Positions 1 through 8,397 of a stretch of 64,000 nucleotides of DNA are shown here, in pieces. Both the position numbers and the translations under genes were made by a program. The notes beneath the pieces are model-generated. The model saw only the letters and a list, made by a program, of their open reading frames with translations. It searched no databases and was not told where the DNA came from. The number at the start of each line of letters is the position of its first letter. The stretch's first letter is position 1. The stretch is taken from the NCBI GenBank assembly GCA_963816365.1, contig CAWFKG010000005.1:457850-521849 (forward strand). The letters are read 5' to 3'. Source of the stretch: an uncultured Bacteroidales bacterium. Lineage in GTDB: Bacteria; Bacteroidota; Bacteroidia; Bacteroidales; VadinHA17.

Positions 1-643
1 CACCCATCTCTGAAGCCAGGTTTGCAATAGTCATCCTGTCGGAAATAGTGAGGGATTTAACTCCCTCTCCATGATACTCGATCGACATATAGTTTGCACC
101 ATCGGACCCTATAATTCCGATGATCCATAATGCGAGATCCTTGGCGTAAACATTTTGCTTCAATTTGCCTTTCAGTGAAATCCTAAAGGATTCCGGGACC
201 CTGAACCATGTTTCACCTCTCTTCCATATGCCTGCTGATTCAGTCCTGTCAATGCCTGCAGCCATAGCATTAAAAGCTCCGGCTGTGGATGTATGACTGT
301 CACTCCCGACAATCAGCATTCCGGGTCTTGCATGATATGACATTATCTGGTGGCAGATCCCTTTGCCTGCATCATAGAACTTTTTTATCCCATATTTTGC
401 TGCTATATCCCTGATTTCCTGGTACTGTGTTGCCATTTTTGCATCAGCTGGCGGTGCATTATGATCGAGTACTACCACCATTTGCTCAGGATCAGCAAGA
501 GTACTCCCTCCCATTTTCTGAAACGTCTTATAAATACTCGATGTATTGTCATGAGTAAGAATAATATCAGGACGGGCGAAAACTATAGCACCTGCAGGGG
601 CTTTGAAGATCTTTTCGGCAAATGTCTGAGGATTCATGATCAT
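1..643 (-). CDS. aconitase-family dehydratase large subunit (LeuC/HacA-like), 5' part only; gene continues past the left edge
   Basis: Not in the ORF track because it is open at the window edge. My minus-strand translation from ATG 643 (or 637) reads M(IM)NPQTFAEKIF..ARPDIILTHDNTS..VVVLDHNAPP..GKGICHQ..LIVGSDSHTSTAGAFNAMA..MTIANLASEMG. This is the typical N-terminus of an isopropylmalate/homoaconitate isomerase large subunit. The plus-strand ORF 350..658 is antisense to it. Confidence 0.8.
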   Translation of the reverse strand, partial: MIMNPQTFAEKIFKAPAGAIVFARPDIILTHDNTSSIYKTFQKMGGSTLADPEQMVVVLDHNAPPADAKMATQYQEIRDIAAKYGIKKFYDAGKGICHQIMSYHARPGMLIVGSDSHTSTAGAFNAMAAGIDRTESAGIWKRGETWFRVPESFRISLKGKLKQNVYAKDLALWIIGIIGSDGANYMSIEYHGEGVKSLTISDRMTIANLASEMG

Positions 644-670
644 ACTGTTAAATGGTAATTTCCAAAATAC

Positions 671-710
671 CTAAAGGCACAAAGGTACAACGGTATAACG
701 GCTTAACGGC
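671..710. repeat. five tandem degenerate octamers in the gap between the two aconitase-family genes
   Basis: Read directly from the sequence: CTAAAGGC ACAAAGGT ACAACGGT ATAACGGC TTAACGGC. The 8-nt unit changes by 1-2 positions per copy. Confidence 0.8.
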
Positions 711-725
711 AAAAATATTTAAGTA

Positions 726-2543
726 TTATTTACCGAGCAAGCCACCCCTCCGGTAAACCTCAAGCTGAACTTCCGAAAAAGGTTCTGCCAGGATAGATTT
801 TTTATTTCTCAGGTTCTCAATGCGGCCTGTCCTGAAATCGACTCTGACGGAGTCACCATTTATTAAATCGAGTCTGTTCACTTCTTTGCATATCATAACA
901 GGGAAAGCCGCATTTATAGCGTTTCTCTCGTAGATGGCACCAAATGATTCCGCAATTATTGCCTGAACACCGAGAGCGGCAAAACAATCTACCGCTTGTT
1001 GCCGTGAGCTTCCGCAGCCAAAATTTTTTCCTGAAACAATTATATCCCCGGGTCTCACCTTTTTTGAAAAGTCTTCGAATCCTTTCAGATTGTCAAACGT
1101 ATACTGACCCATCTCGCTGATACTTGTAATTGCCAGATATCTGTTGTGATAAATCATATCTGTATCGATATTATCCTTTGGAATGAGCCAGATCCGTCCT
1201 TCAATAGAAGTGACATTCTCGGACTGTTTGTTTTGAGGATGCTTCCTTATCAGCTTGTCTGCAGCTTTTTCCGGTTTTGTGAATAAGCAGGGTATCTCAG
1301 GTATATTATCCGGTGTCGTTAAACATCCTGCAACAGCCGATGCAGCAACAACTTCAGGGGATGCCAGATATACACTTCCCTTGCCTTGTTTGCCCGGAAA
1401 ATTTCTGTTCCCTGTGCTCACTGTGACTTCCCCCGTACCATTCTGTCCTACCTGACCTGCTGCGCAACCAGCGCAGCCTGCATTTGAAACCAGTGCACCG
1501 GCCTTTTTAAAGATATCGATCAGCCCCTCGTCAAGACAAGCCCTCCATATCTCATCAGTGGCAGGAACGATCTTCAGCACTACTCCAGGTGCCACCTTCC
1601 TGTTCCTGAGGATTTCTGCCGCCTTCTTCATGTCATTCATTCGTCCGTTAGTACAGCTTCCAATGAATGCCGAATCGATCTTTATTCCTGACACTTCTGA
1701 AACATTTACGGTATCATGGGGTTCTCCGGGACGTGAGACCATCGGCTTGAATCCGGCTACATCAATTGTAAAGGTTTTTTCATAAAGTGCGTCGTGATCT
1801 GCAAACAAAGGTTCAAACTGCCTTCCTCCCCTCTTTGAACAATAATCAATTATATCTTTAGTTGGCGGGAAAAGGATAATTATGGCACCCATCTCGGTTG
1901 CCATGGAGGATATTGTCATACGGTCATCCAGGTCGAGGTTGTCCACACAAGGGCCATATAGCTCGATTGAATATCCAAGAAGTGAGTTTGCACCGAAAAT
2001 ATTAAGCATATTCAGTACAATATCTTTTGCAGTTACATTTTCAGGAAGGGGTCCTTCAAAAATAATTTTTACCGATGCCGGTATTTTAAACCATACTTTA
2101 CCGTTATGCCAGGCTGAAGCAATATCCATATCACCCATTCCCTGTCCGAAAGCACCGATTGCTCCCAGAATATTGGCATGAGAATCGGTAGATACTGTTG
2201 TGGAACCCGGATAAGCCAATCCCTTATCGATAAGGATATGGGTTCCTATTCCTGCATCGATATCGTATACTTTAATGTCATTCTCCCGTGCGAAAAGCCT
2301 GCATAGCTGCTGATTTACTGCATATTTCTGATCCGATCCTGTGGGATTACAATCAAATGTGAAAAATGTTTTATCGGGATCCTTTACATCTAAACCGAAA
2401 TCGTTCAGGTGTCTTACAACGTTTGCGCCTCCAAAATCGCGTGCAACCCGCGCATCAATTTCAATATCCAGAATTTCTCCCGGGTGAACTGTTTTATTTT
2501 TTGAATGTGCAGCCAGTATTTTTTCCAGCAAAGTCATTGCCAT
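726..2543 (-). CDS. fused aconitase-family dehydratase (LeuC-like large subunit joined to LeuD-like small subunit)
   Basis: 605-aa ORF. The N-terminal ~420 aa carry large-subunit motifs (STDSHANI, IGSCTNGR, GCAGCAAG). The C-terminal ~170 aa carry the swivel/small-subunit motif GKNFGCGSSRQQA. Confidence 0.85.
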   Translation of the reverse strand: MAMTLLEKILAAHSKNKTVHPGEILDIEIDARVARDFGGANVVRHLNDFGLDVKDPDKTFFTFDCNPTGSDQKYAVNQQLCRLFARENDIKVYDIDAGIGTHILIDKGLAYPGSTTVSTDSHANILGAIGAFGQGMGDMDIASAWHNGKVWFKIPASVKIIFEGPLPENVTAKDIVLNMLNIFGANSLLGYSIELYGPCVDNLDLDDRMTISSMATEMGAIIILFPPTKDIIDYCSKRGGRQFEPLFADHDALYEKTFTIDVAGFKPMVSRPGEPHDTVNVSEVSGIKIDSAFIGSCTNGRMNDMKKAAEILRNRKVAPGVVLKIVPATDEIWRACLDEGLIDIFKKAGALVSNAGCAGCAAGQVGQNGTGEVTVSTGNRNFPGKQGKGSVYLASPEVVAASAVAGCLTTPDNIPEIPCLFTKPEKAADKLIRKHPQNKQSENVTSIEGRIWLIPKDNIDTDMIYHNRYLAITSISEMGQYTFDNLKGFEDFSKKVRPGDIIVSGKNFGCGSSRQQAVDCFAALGVQAIIAESFGAIYERNAINAAFPVMICKEVNRLDLINGDSVRVDFRTGRIENLRNKKSILAEPFSEVQLEVYRRGGLLGK

Positions 2544-2591
2544 TTTTAGAAATTTAGGTTATGTGAACTGATTACAGCAATTTCTGCAGCA

Positions 2592-3452
2592 CTATTTGAA
2601 TTGTGCCCTGAAATCACGCGGCGATATACCTTCTGTTTTCCGGAACTGCTTGTTGAAATTGGATATGCTTGCAAAGCCGCATTCCATTGCTATATCATGA
2701 ACAGGATACTCTGTTTCCCTCAGCAAATAACAAGCTTTGTTTGTCCTGACACGATTAAGATATTCAATAAAGCCTGCCCCGCAATGCTTCTTAAAATATC
2801 TGCTGAAAGCAAAAGGACTCATCTTTGCAATTTTAGCAATTTTCTCAAGTGGTATAGGCCTGAAGTAATTCTCTCTTATATATGTATAAACATCAGACAT
2901 TCTTTTATTGCCTCTTTCGTCATAAGCAAGTTTGTAATTTTCCGAACAAAGGTAAGCTCTTTTGTCAGAGGAACACAAAATTTTAATGATATTGAAAAAG
3001 TCTATCATTTTATCAATACCCTTGTTATTGATCATCTGTACAAGGAATTTTTCAGCATTCCTGGAATCTTCAACAGAAAAGACTATCCCTCTGTCGGCTT
3101 GCATAAGCAATTCTTTTAAAGAATGCAGTTCATGTTGCGATAGTAACGCCTCACCAATTGAATCAAGCTTAAAATTTACAATTATGCCATGATTTTCAGG
3201 AAGAGTATTGTTTTGCCTGTAGTAATTCCAGCAATGCGGTATATTGCCACCAATCAGCACCATGTCATATTGATCAAACAATTCTACACTATCACCCACA
3301 ATCCTTGTCCCGTTGCTCTTAATATTCAACACGAGTTCATATTCCGGATGAAAGTGCCATAATCCGTCCGTATCATTAATATAGGCAGCCCGGAAACCAC
3401 CGCCATCATCATATAATATTTTTTCGAGTTCGGCAACCATGGTAAAAACCAC
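2592..3452 (-). CDS. AraC-family transcriptional regulator (cupin-like N-terminus, C-terminal double HTH)
   Basis: C-terminus YIRENYFRPIPLEKIAKIAKMSPFAFSRYFKK...IAMECGFASISNFNKQFRKTEGISPRDFR is a classic AraC/XylS HTH. The probable ATG is at 3440 (MVAELEKI...). Confidence 0.85.
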   Translation of the reverse strand: MVFTMVAELEKILYDDGGGFRAAYINDTDGLWHFHPEYELVLNIKSNGTRIVGDSVELFDQYDMVLIGGNIPHCWNYYRQNNTLPENHGIIVNFKLDSIGEALLSQHELHSLKELLMQADRGIVFSVEDSRNAEKFLVQMINNKGIDKMIDFFNIIKILCSSDKRAYLCSENYKLAYDERGNKRMSDVYTYIRENYFRPIPLEKIAKIAKMSPFAFSRYFKKHCGAGFIEYLNRVRTNKACYLLRETEYPVHDIAMECGFASISNFNKQFRKTEGISPRDFRAQFK

Positions 3453-3590
3453 CAGTTTTGATCAGATACTATAAAATTAAACAATATTTTGGCAATAAGG
3501 AACTTCTGCGTCTGATAAATATTTTTGCAGATTAATTTGATTTAATCATTTTTTTGTATAAATTTGTTTTCAAGCTCATACTATTGGTAT

Positions 3591-3790
3591 TAAGAGGAGT
3601 TGAGCAAGGGTAGGGAGTGAAAATCAACAGGATTGTATTGCAGACATTGACTTTCACATCAGGAGCCTGAGGTATAGCGCCAGCTAACTATGGTTCCATC
3701 CTTTTATCAGACAGTAGACACGGGAATTATCTCATTAATAAAGCCCGCTCCTGATTTTCGCAACCTCCCTTCCTCCTCTTATTTTTTTTG
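3591..3790 (+). ncRNA. candidate structured RNA or leader (unknown family) closed by a long-range helix and followed by a T8 tract
   Basis: Sits in the araC/bioG divergent intergenic region. 3591-3599 TAAGAGGAG pairs with 3773-3781 CTCCTCTTA. 3606-3610 AAGGG pairs with 3767-3771. 3617-3626 GTGAAAATCA pairs with 3752-3761 TGATTTTCGC. 3662-3666 GGAGC pairs with 3747-3751. 3668-3674 pairs with 3728-3734. A T8 run follows at 3782-3789. Segment 3617-3627 can alternatively pair with 3646-3656 (TTGACTTTCAC). I recognise no known family motif (RNase P, SRP, tmRNA). Confidence 0.35.
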
Positions 3791-4038
3791 CCGTTTTATA
3801 AGATTCCACAGAGTAAATCCAAAAATCCTTTCAATTTCACTTTCCCTCAGACTCAATATCTGTAGCTTGTGATTTATGAATTCGAATGTTCTTCATTCTT
3901 AGTTTGTTAATACATCATTTGTTTAAATTAAGAATACTGAACAAACGAACATCGGATTACGAATTAGACTATCTTTGCTTTCTTTCAGCAAATGGGGTAA
4001 CTGAATATTTTTATAAATATCCCGTATTATATAGAACT

Positions 4039-4725
4039 ATGAAGACCTATATCAGACGGAGGGAAAAAAACAATCAACTTGTCGTAATGTATGGAGGCTG
4101 GGGAACGGACGAAAATGTCTTCACTCCACTATGCAATGATGAGTTTGATTTTATTCTTTTTTATAATTATTCAGCAGATGAAGCCCTTGTTCTTCCTGAG
4201 ATGAAGACATATGAGAAAATCACTCTGATAGGCTGGTCACTGGGTGTCTGGGCTGCCGAATATCTGTCACCGAGGACCGGAATTAAACCTGACCTTACAA
4301 TTGCTGTAAATGGGACTCCCGTTCCCGCTGATGATATGTTTGGAATTCCGCTGAACATTTTTGAGGGAACATTGAACAACATTACCGAAGAAAACATTGA
4401 TAAATTCTATTTCCGGATGTTCGGCGATAAAAAATCATATCAGACAAACATCAGCAGGGTTCCTCACCGGACTCTCAAATCTCTCCATGACGAGCTGAGA
4501 TGGCTGTATAATCGTATAATGGAACAAAAAGAGCCGGGCTTCAGATGGGACTATGCTGTTACAAGTGAAATTGACCGTGTTTTTCCTTCAAAGAATCTTG
4601 AAGGCTATTGGGAAAAAGAGAAAGAGACAAAGAATATCGTTCTGAAACTCCCTCACTATCTTTTCAGTGAATGGGACTCCCTCACCGATTTTATAAGCTT
4701 TGTTGAAAACTACCACTCCAAATAA
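4039..4725 (+). CDS. bioG: pimeloyl-ACP methyl ester esterase BioG (DUF452 alpha/beta hydrolase)
   Basis: VVMYGGWGTDENVF..DFILFYNY..ITLIGWSLGVWAAE..VNGTPVPADDMFGIP..FEGTL is collinear with the BioG/DUF452 family (nucleophile elbow GWSxGVW). I prefer ATG 4039 to the upstream extension of ORF 3886..4725. Confidence 0.8.
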   Translation: MKTYIRRREKNNQLVVMYGGWGTDENVFTPLCNDEFDFILFYNYSADEALVLPEMKTYEKITLIGWSLGVWAAEYLSPRTGIKPDLTIAVNGTPVPADDMFGIPLNIFEGTLNNITEENIDKFYFRMFGDKKSYQTNISRVPHRTLKSLHDELRWLYNRIMEQKEPGFRWDYAVTSEIDRVFPSKNLEGYWEKEKETKNIVLKLPHYLFSEWDSLTDFISFVENYHSK

Positions 4726-4730
4726 ACAAA

Positions 4731-5023
4731 GTAGAGGATGTCTCAAAAGTTGCTTTTTTATCCCTAAGCCTCCAGAGGTGGATGTGAAACTATCTCAACC
4801 CCTCAACCCCCCATATGGGGGACTATATAAATCCAGAATTAAGAACACAGAACAAATGAATAACGAATTATGAAATATGTGCTACTTCTTCATCCTGATT
4901 TCAAATGATCGTGATTCTGATTTCGTTAAGTCCCCCAATTGGGGGATTTAGGGGGTTGATAAAGTCACATCTGGGGGATTTAGGGGTAAATATTTGAGAG
5001 AGAACTTTTTCAACATCCTCTAC
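4731..5023. repeat. 293-bp imperfect inverted repeat filling the convergent bioG/yihY gap (MITE- or REP-like, possible bidirectional terminator)
   Basis: The left arm, ~4731-4826 (GTAGAGGATGTCTCAAAAGTT...CCCCCATATGGGGGACTAT), is the approximate reverse complement of the right arm, ~4928-5023 (AAGTCCCCCAATTGGGGGA...AACTTTTTCAACATCCTCTAC). Internal perfect palindromes are CCCCCATATGGGGG (4808-4821) and TCCCCCAATTGGGGGA (4931-4946). Confidence 0.75.
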
Positions 5024-6389
5024 ATCTAAAATCCTGTGTCCTAAAATCAGTTAAAGGTCCTTTATCAAAATGTTGGCATCGGACTTTTTTAATGAGTCTG
5101 TCGAATTTTTCAAGAATTGAAACTATTTTCTCATAGTCCTTATTTCTTATAACCATTATCTGTTCGATACCTTGCTTGTCGAGTTGTGAATATATATAAC
5201 TAATAGTCAATCTGTTTACGTCTGTAGCTGGTTGATATAAACGTTCTTTCTCCTCATTTTCATGAATAATTGAGACCAGATTTGCATTGCTCAGATCCTG
5301 AAGTATATCACGTACGAGCCTTACAGGGATTTTAAGGTTTACCGCTAAATATTCTGCGCTTATAGGTTTTTCTCCCAGAATAAAATTACGGATTATCATG
5401 TGCATAATCATTAGTATAAGAGCACGCTTCTGATAGTTGCTGATATTCAAAGCCTCAGACTCCATTTCATATCGTGAGATATTCTGATTCGCAAAGGAAA
5501 TTTCTGCTCCTAAAAGTACAACACTCCAGCTACTCTGTAGCCAGATTATAAATAAAGGAAGCAGAGAAAAACTGCCATAAATCTTATTTAATTTTAATAT
5601 CCCGAACTGCAGGTCGACATACAGCCAAAAAACAACCTGAAAAATTGTTCCGGCAATTATTCCGGAAATTAACGCAGGTACAAATTTGACCTTTGCATTT
5701 GGCATAACTATGAATAATATTGTCATAGTAATCCAACTAAGAAAATAAGGAGCAAATTTTATAAGGAAACTAATCACCGGTTTAAATATGTTAAGGATTG
5801 GAGCTGTAGCCATATAGCCGGGTAGTTCCGTACTGATGAAAAGTGTTATGCTGCTCGAAAGGAAAATAAAAATCGGCGCAATAAGCATTATTGTAAGATA
5901 ATCAGTAAACTTTCTGTACCAGGGTCTGGAAGATCTGATCTGCCAGATATGATTGAATGAACTTTCAATGTGATTAAGCAATGACATAACTGACCAGAAG
6001 AGTATTATTATTCCAATACCTGCTATGATACCTCCTTTTGCTTCATCGATTGCCTGCATTACCTGAGGTAATAACTTGTCCAGTATTTCATGATATGACT
6101 GAAACTTAGTGATTATAGATTGTTCCAAAACCTGTTCAAATCCGAATCCTTTTGCTATAGCAAATGCTATTGCAGCAATTGGAATGACAGAGAGAAGAGA
6201 ATAAAATGTCAATGCTGAGGCCCTTAACTGTACTTTATCATTTGAAAAGCCTTTTGCTGCCAGGATTAATATTCTCAATTGCTTGAATATGAATGTCTTG
6301 CCTCTTGACAACTCTAAAAGCGGAGTATGCCAGATTACGTCATTCAGTCTCTTTATCTGATTGAGCACCCACGTAACAGGATTTTCCAT
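5010..6389 (-). CDS. YihY/BrkB-family inner-membrane protein with a C-terminal winged-helix-like extension
   Basis: LRASALTFYSLLSVIPIAAIAFAI plus multiple TM segments are typical of YihY. A ~110-aa soluble tail follows (ISAEYLAVNLKIPVRLVRDILQDL). The last codons (..CRGC*) lie inside the right arm of the 4731..5023 inverted repeat. Confidence 0.75.
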   Translation of the reverse strand: MENPVTWVLNQIKRLNDVIWHTPLLELSRGKTFIFKQLRILILAAKGFSNDKVQLRASALTFYSLLSVIPIAAIAFAIAKGFGFEQVLEQSIITKFQSYHEILDKLLPQVMQAIDEAKGGIIAGIGIIILFWSVMSLLNHIESSFNHIWQIRSSRPWYRKFTDYLTIMLIAPIFIFLSSSITLFISTELPGYMATAPILNIFKPVISFLIKFAPYFLSWITMTILFIVMPNAKVKFVPALISGIIAGTIFQVVFWLYVDLQFGILKLNKIYGSFSLLPLFIIWLQSSWSVVLLGAEISFANQNISRYEMESEALNISNYQKRALILMIMHMIIRNFILGEKPISAEYLAVNLKIPVRLVRDILQDLSNANLVSIIHENEEKERLYQPATDVNRLTISYIYSQLDKQGIEQIMVIRNKDYEKIVSILEKFDRLIKKVRCQHFDKGPLTDFRTQDFRCRGC

Positions 6390-6525
6390 GATGTTATATT
6401 TGCATTAATATCAGTAAGTTATTTGAATAAAATACTCACAGGTTCAAATATACGAAATACCTGTTGGTGTAAAATCTGATAGAGTCAAAATAATTGTTAT
6501 TTTCACTTTTAAATAAGTTGGCAAA

Positions 6526-7221
6526 ATGAAGGTTGAGATACTTGAATTTGTTAAAGGAGCCCGAAATGCAAAAGGTGTTGCAGTAATTATTGATGTATTC
6601 AGGGCATTCTCAGTCGCCTGCTATGCCGTCGATGCCGGAGCTGCACGGATCATAGCCACAGCTGAGGTTTCTAAGGCATTTCAGCTGAAGAACAGGTACA
6701 GTAACTCCGTTCTTGTTGGTGAAAGAGATGAAAAAAAAATTGATGGCTTTGATTTTGGCAACAGTCCTACAGAAATTATTAAAGCCGACCTGTCAGGTAA
6801 AACTGTAATACATACGACAACAGCCGGTACGCAGGGACTGATAAATGCCACTAAGTCTGATACGGTTCTGACAGGCAGTTTTGTAAATGCCGGAGCGATA
6901 GTGAAATATATAAAATCTATTGATCCCCGGGAAGTATCACTTGTGGCAATGGGATACAGAGCAAACGTTTCTGCTGAGGAGGACCTGATTTGTGCTGAAA
7001 TGATTGCTGCAAACCTTAAAAATGAAAGCTTTATTCCGGGAAATAGAATACCTGATCTTCAGAATAGTTCAGGATCACGATTTTTCGACCCTGTTAACAT
7101 CGAATTCTCACCTCCTACCGATTTTTTTCTCTGTACAATGGTAAACAAGTTCGGTTTTGTCTTAAAAGCTACCAGAAGATTTGATGATAATGTGGATCTA
7201 ATGAGAATTGATGTGGAATAA
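6526..7221 (+). CDS. 2-phosphosulfolactate phosphatase family protein (ComB-like)
   Basis: VAVIIDVFRAFSVACYAVDAGA...LVGERDEKKIDGFDFGNSPTEI matches the ComB family (PF04029) signature. Confidence 0.75.
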   Translation: MKVEILEFVKGARNAKGVAVIIDVFRAFSVACYAVDAGAARIIATAEVSKAFQLKNRYSNSVLVGERDEKKIDGFDFGNSPTEIIKADLSGKTVIHTTTAGTQGLINATKSDTVLTGSFVNAGAIVKYIKSIDPREVSLVAMGYRANVSAEEDLICAEMIAANLKNESFIPGNRIPDLQNSSGSRFFDPVNIEFSPPTDFFLCTMVNKFGFVLKATRRFDDNVDLMRIDVE

Positions 7222-7341
7222 GGTCATAATCAACGAAAAATTTACGTGCATTTATGGACTCAATCAGTACGAAGAGGCGTTGTCAAAATTTACAGTATGG
7301 TTCTTCGCATTGCAAAATGCGTTCTTCGGTTTAAAAAGAAC

Positions 7342-8277
7342 CTAAAAAACGGGAATGACTTTTTTTCGGTTGTGTATCTCCCGGTAAGTACAAAACATGC
7401 TCATTTTATAGAAACCAAACAATAAAAGAGAAATATTGCTCGAATCGAGCCTGATCTCCATCCTTTCACGGTATCTGATGAATATGGCAGCAAGTATCCG
7501 CGTTGATCCGAAATACTTAAGTTTATTATAATATCTGAGAATAGTGACTGTTTCTGAGAACGATCTTTTATCAGTCACTTTATCATAAAGCTTACTAAGA
7601 TTCTCAATTCCAAGTTTGGTCTTGATAAGAAATTCCCTGTTAGATTCGAGTCCTTCGTGCATCAGACCATTATCAATATGAAGTACATTGATTCCGGCTT
7701 TTTTTAACTGGTAGCCCAGAAGCGTATCTTCATGACCATACTGTTTCAATTCTTCGTTAAAACGGATCTTTGAGAAGACTGATTTTTCAATCATAACATT
7801 AAATGTTGAAAAACCTGCATGCGGGTGCTTATTTCTTTCAGCCGCACTTTTCTGCTCCCTCCACTTCCCATATTTCCACCTGAGCAATTTGTCGGGATCA
7901 CCGGGCGGGCTATCGTGATACAAAGTTCCTCCGCATATTACCCGTGACGTTTTCATATATGGCAGCCACTTCAGGATATATGCTTCAGCCGTTCCCGGCA
8001 GCATAACATCAGCATCAATAAAAATCAGGAAATCGCCTCGTGCCTCAAGAGCCAGCTTGTTTCTGATCGCAGCCCGTCCAATATTTTTCTCAGATGAAAT
8101 TACTTTTACATTTTCAGTTTCAAGAGAACGGTATTTTTCGTGATATTCAGCCGAAGAACCATCATCACCAATGACAATTTCAAAAAACTCAGGGACCTTT
8201 CCCATAGCATCTTTCATGCTATGAACAAGTGCAATAATATCATAATCGAATACCGGAATCAGCAATGAAATCTTCAT
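7342..8277 (-). CDS. family 2 glycosyltransferase
   Basis: ISLLIPVFDYD...IVIGDDGSS...FIDADVM has the GT-A fold DxD layout. Confidence 0.75.
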   Translation of the reverse strand: MKISLLIPVFDYDIIALVHSMKDAMGKVPEFFEIVIGDDGSSAEYHEKYRSLETENVKVISSEKNIGRAAIRNKLALEARGDFLIFIDADVMLPGTAEAYILKWLPYMKTSRVICGGTLYHDSPPGDPDKLLRWKYGKWREQKSAAERNKHPHAGFSTFNVMIEKSVFSKIRFNEELKQYGHEDTLLGYQLKKAGINVLHIDNGLMHEGLESNREFLIKTKLGIENLSKLYDKVTDKRSFSETVTILRYYNKLKYFGSTRILAAIFIRYRERMEIRLDSSNISLLLFGFYKMSMFCTYREIHNRKKVIPVF

Positions 8278-8339
8278 GTCGGTTGATGGTTATGATTTCA
8301 AAAGTACAACATATTTTCTTAATAATTCTCTTACAAACT

Positions 8340-8369
8340 TTGGCAAAGAAATTGCATTGTATAATTTTG
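8340..8369 (+). promoter_or_regulatory. putative Bacteroidota-type promoter (-33 TTG, -7 TAnnTTTG) for the 8398 gene
   Basis: TTG at 8340-8342 and TAATTTTG at 8362-8369 are 19 nt apart, ~29 nt upstream of the ATG. This is a motif match only. Confidence 0.35.
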
Positions 8370-8397
8370 CACTGGTTTTTAAAAATCATGAAGATAA

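Noticed and set aside
350-658. 102-aa plus-strand ORF from the track
   Set aside because: It is entirely antisense to a well-supported LeuC-like coding frame (1..643, minus strand). It has Cys/Ile-rich low-complexity composition and no recognisable domain.
671-710. Short tandem repeats (also at 43371, 51101 and 51151) as possible CRISPR arrays
   Set aside because: The units are 7-10 nt and directly abutting, with no spacers. No cas genes are in the window.
3690-3872. 60-aa plus-strand ORF in the araC/bioG intergenic region
   Set aside because: It runs through the long-range helix and the T8 tract of the candidate structured RNA. It shows no coding-like features. The 3886 start of the bioG ORF is likewise an upstream over-extension.
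4731-5023. The inverted repeat as an integron attC site or an IS element
   Set aside because: It has no GTTRRRY/RYYYAAC core sites. No integrase or transposase ORF lies in or near it. I could find no clear target-site duplication. It is kept only as a MITE/REP-like repeat.
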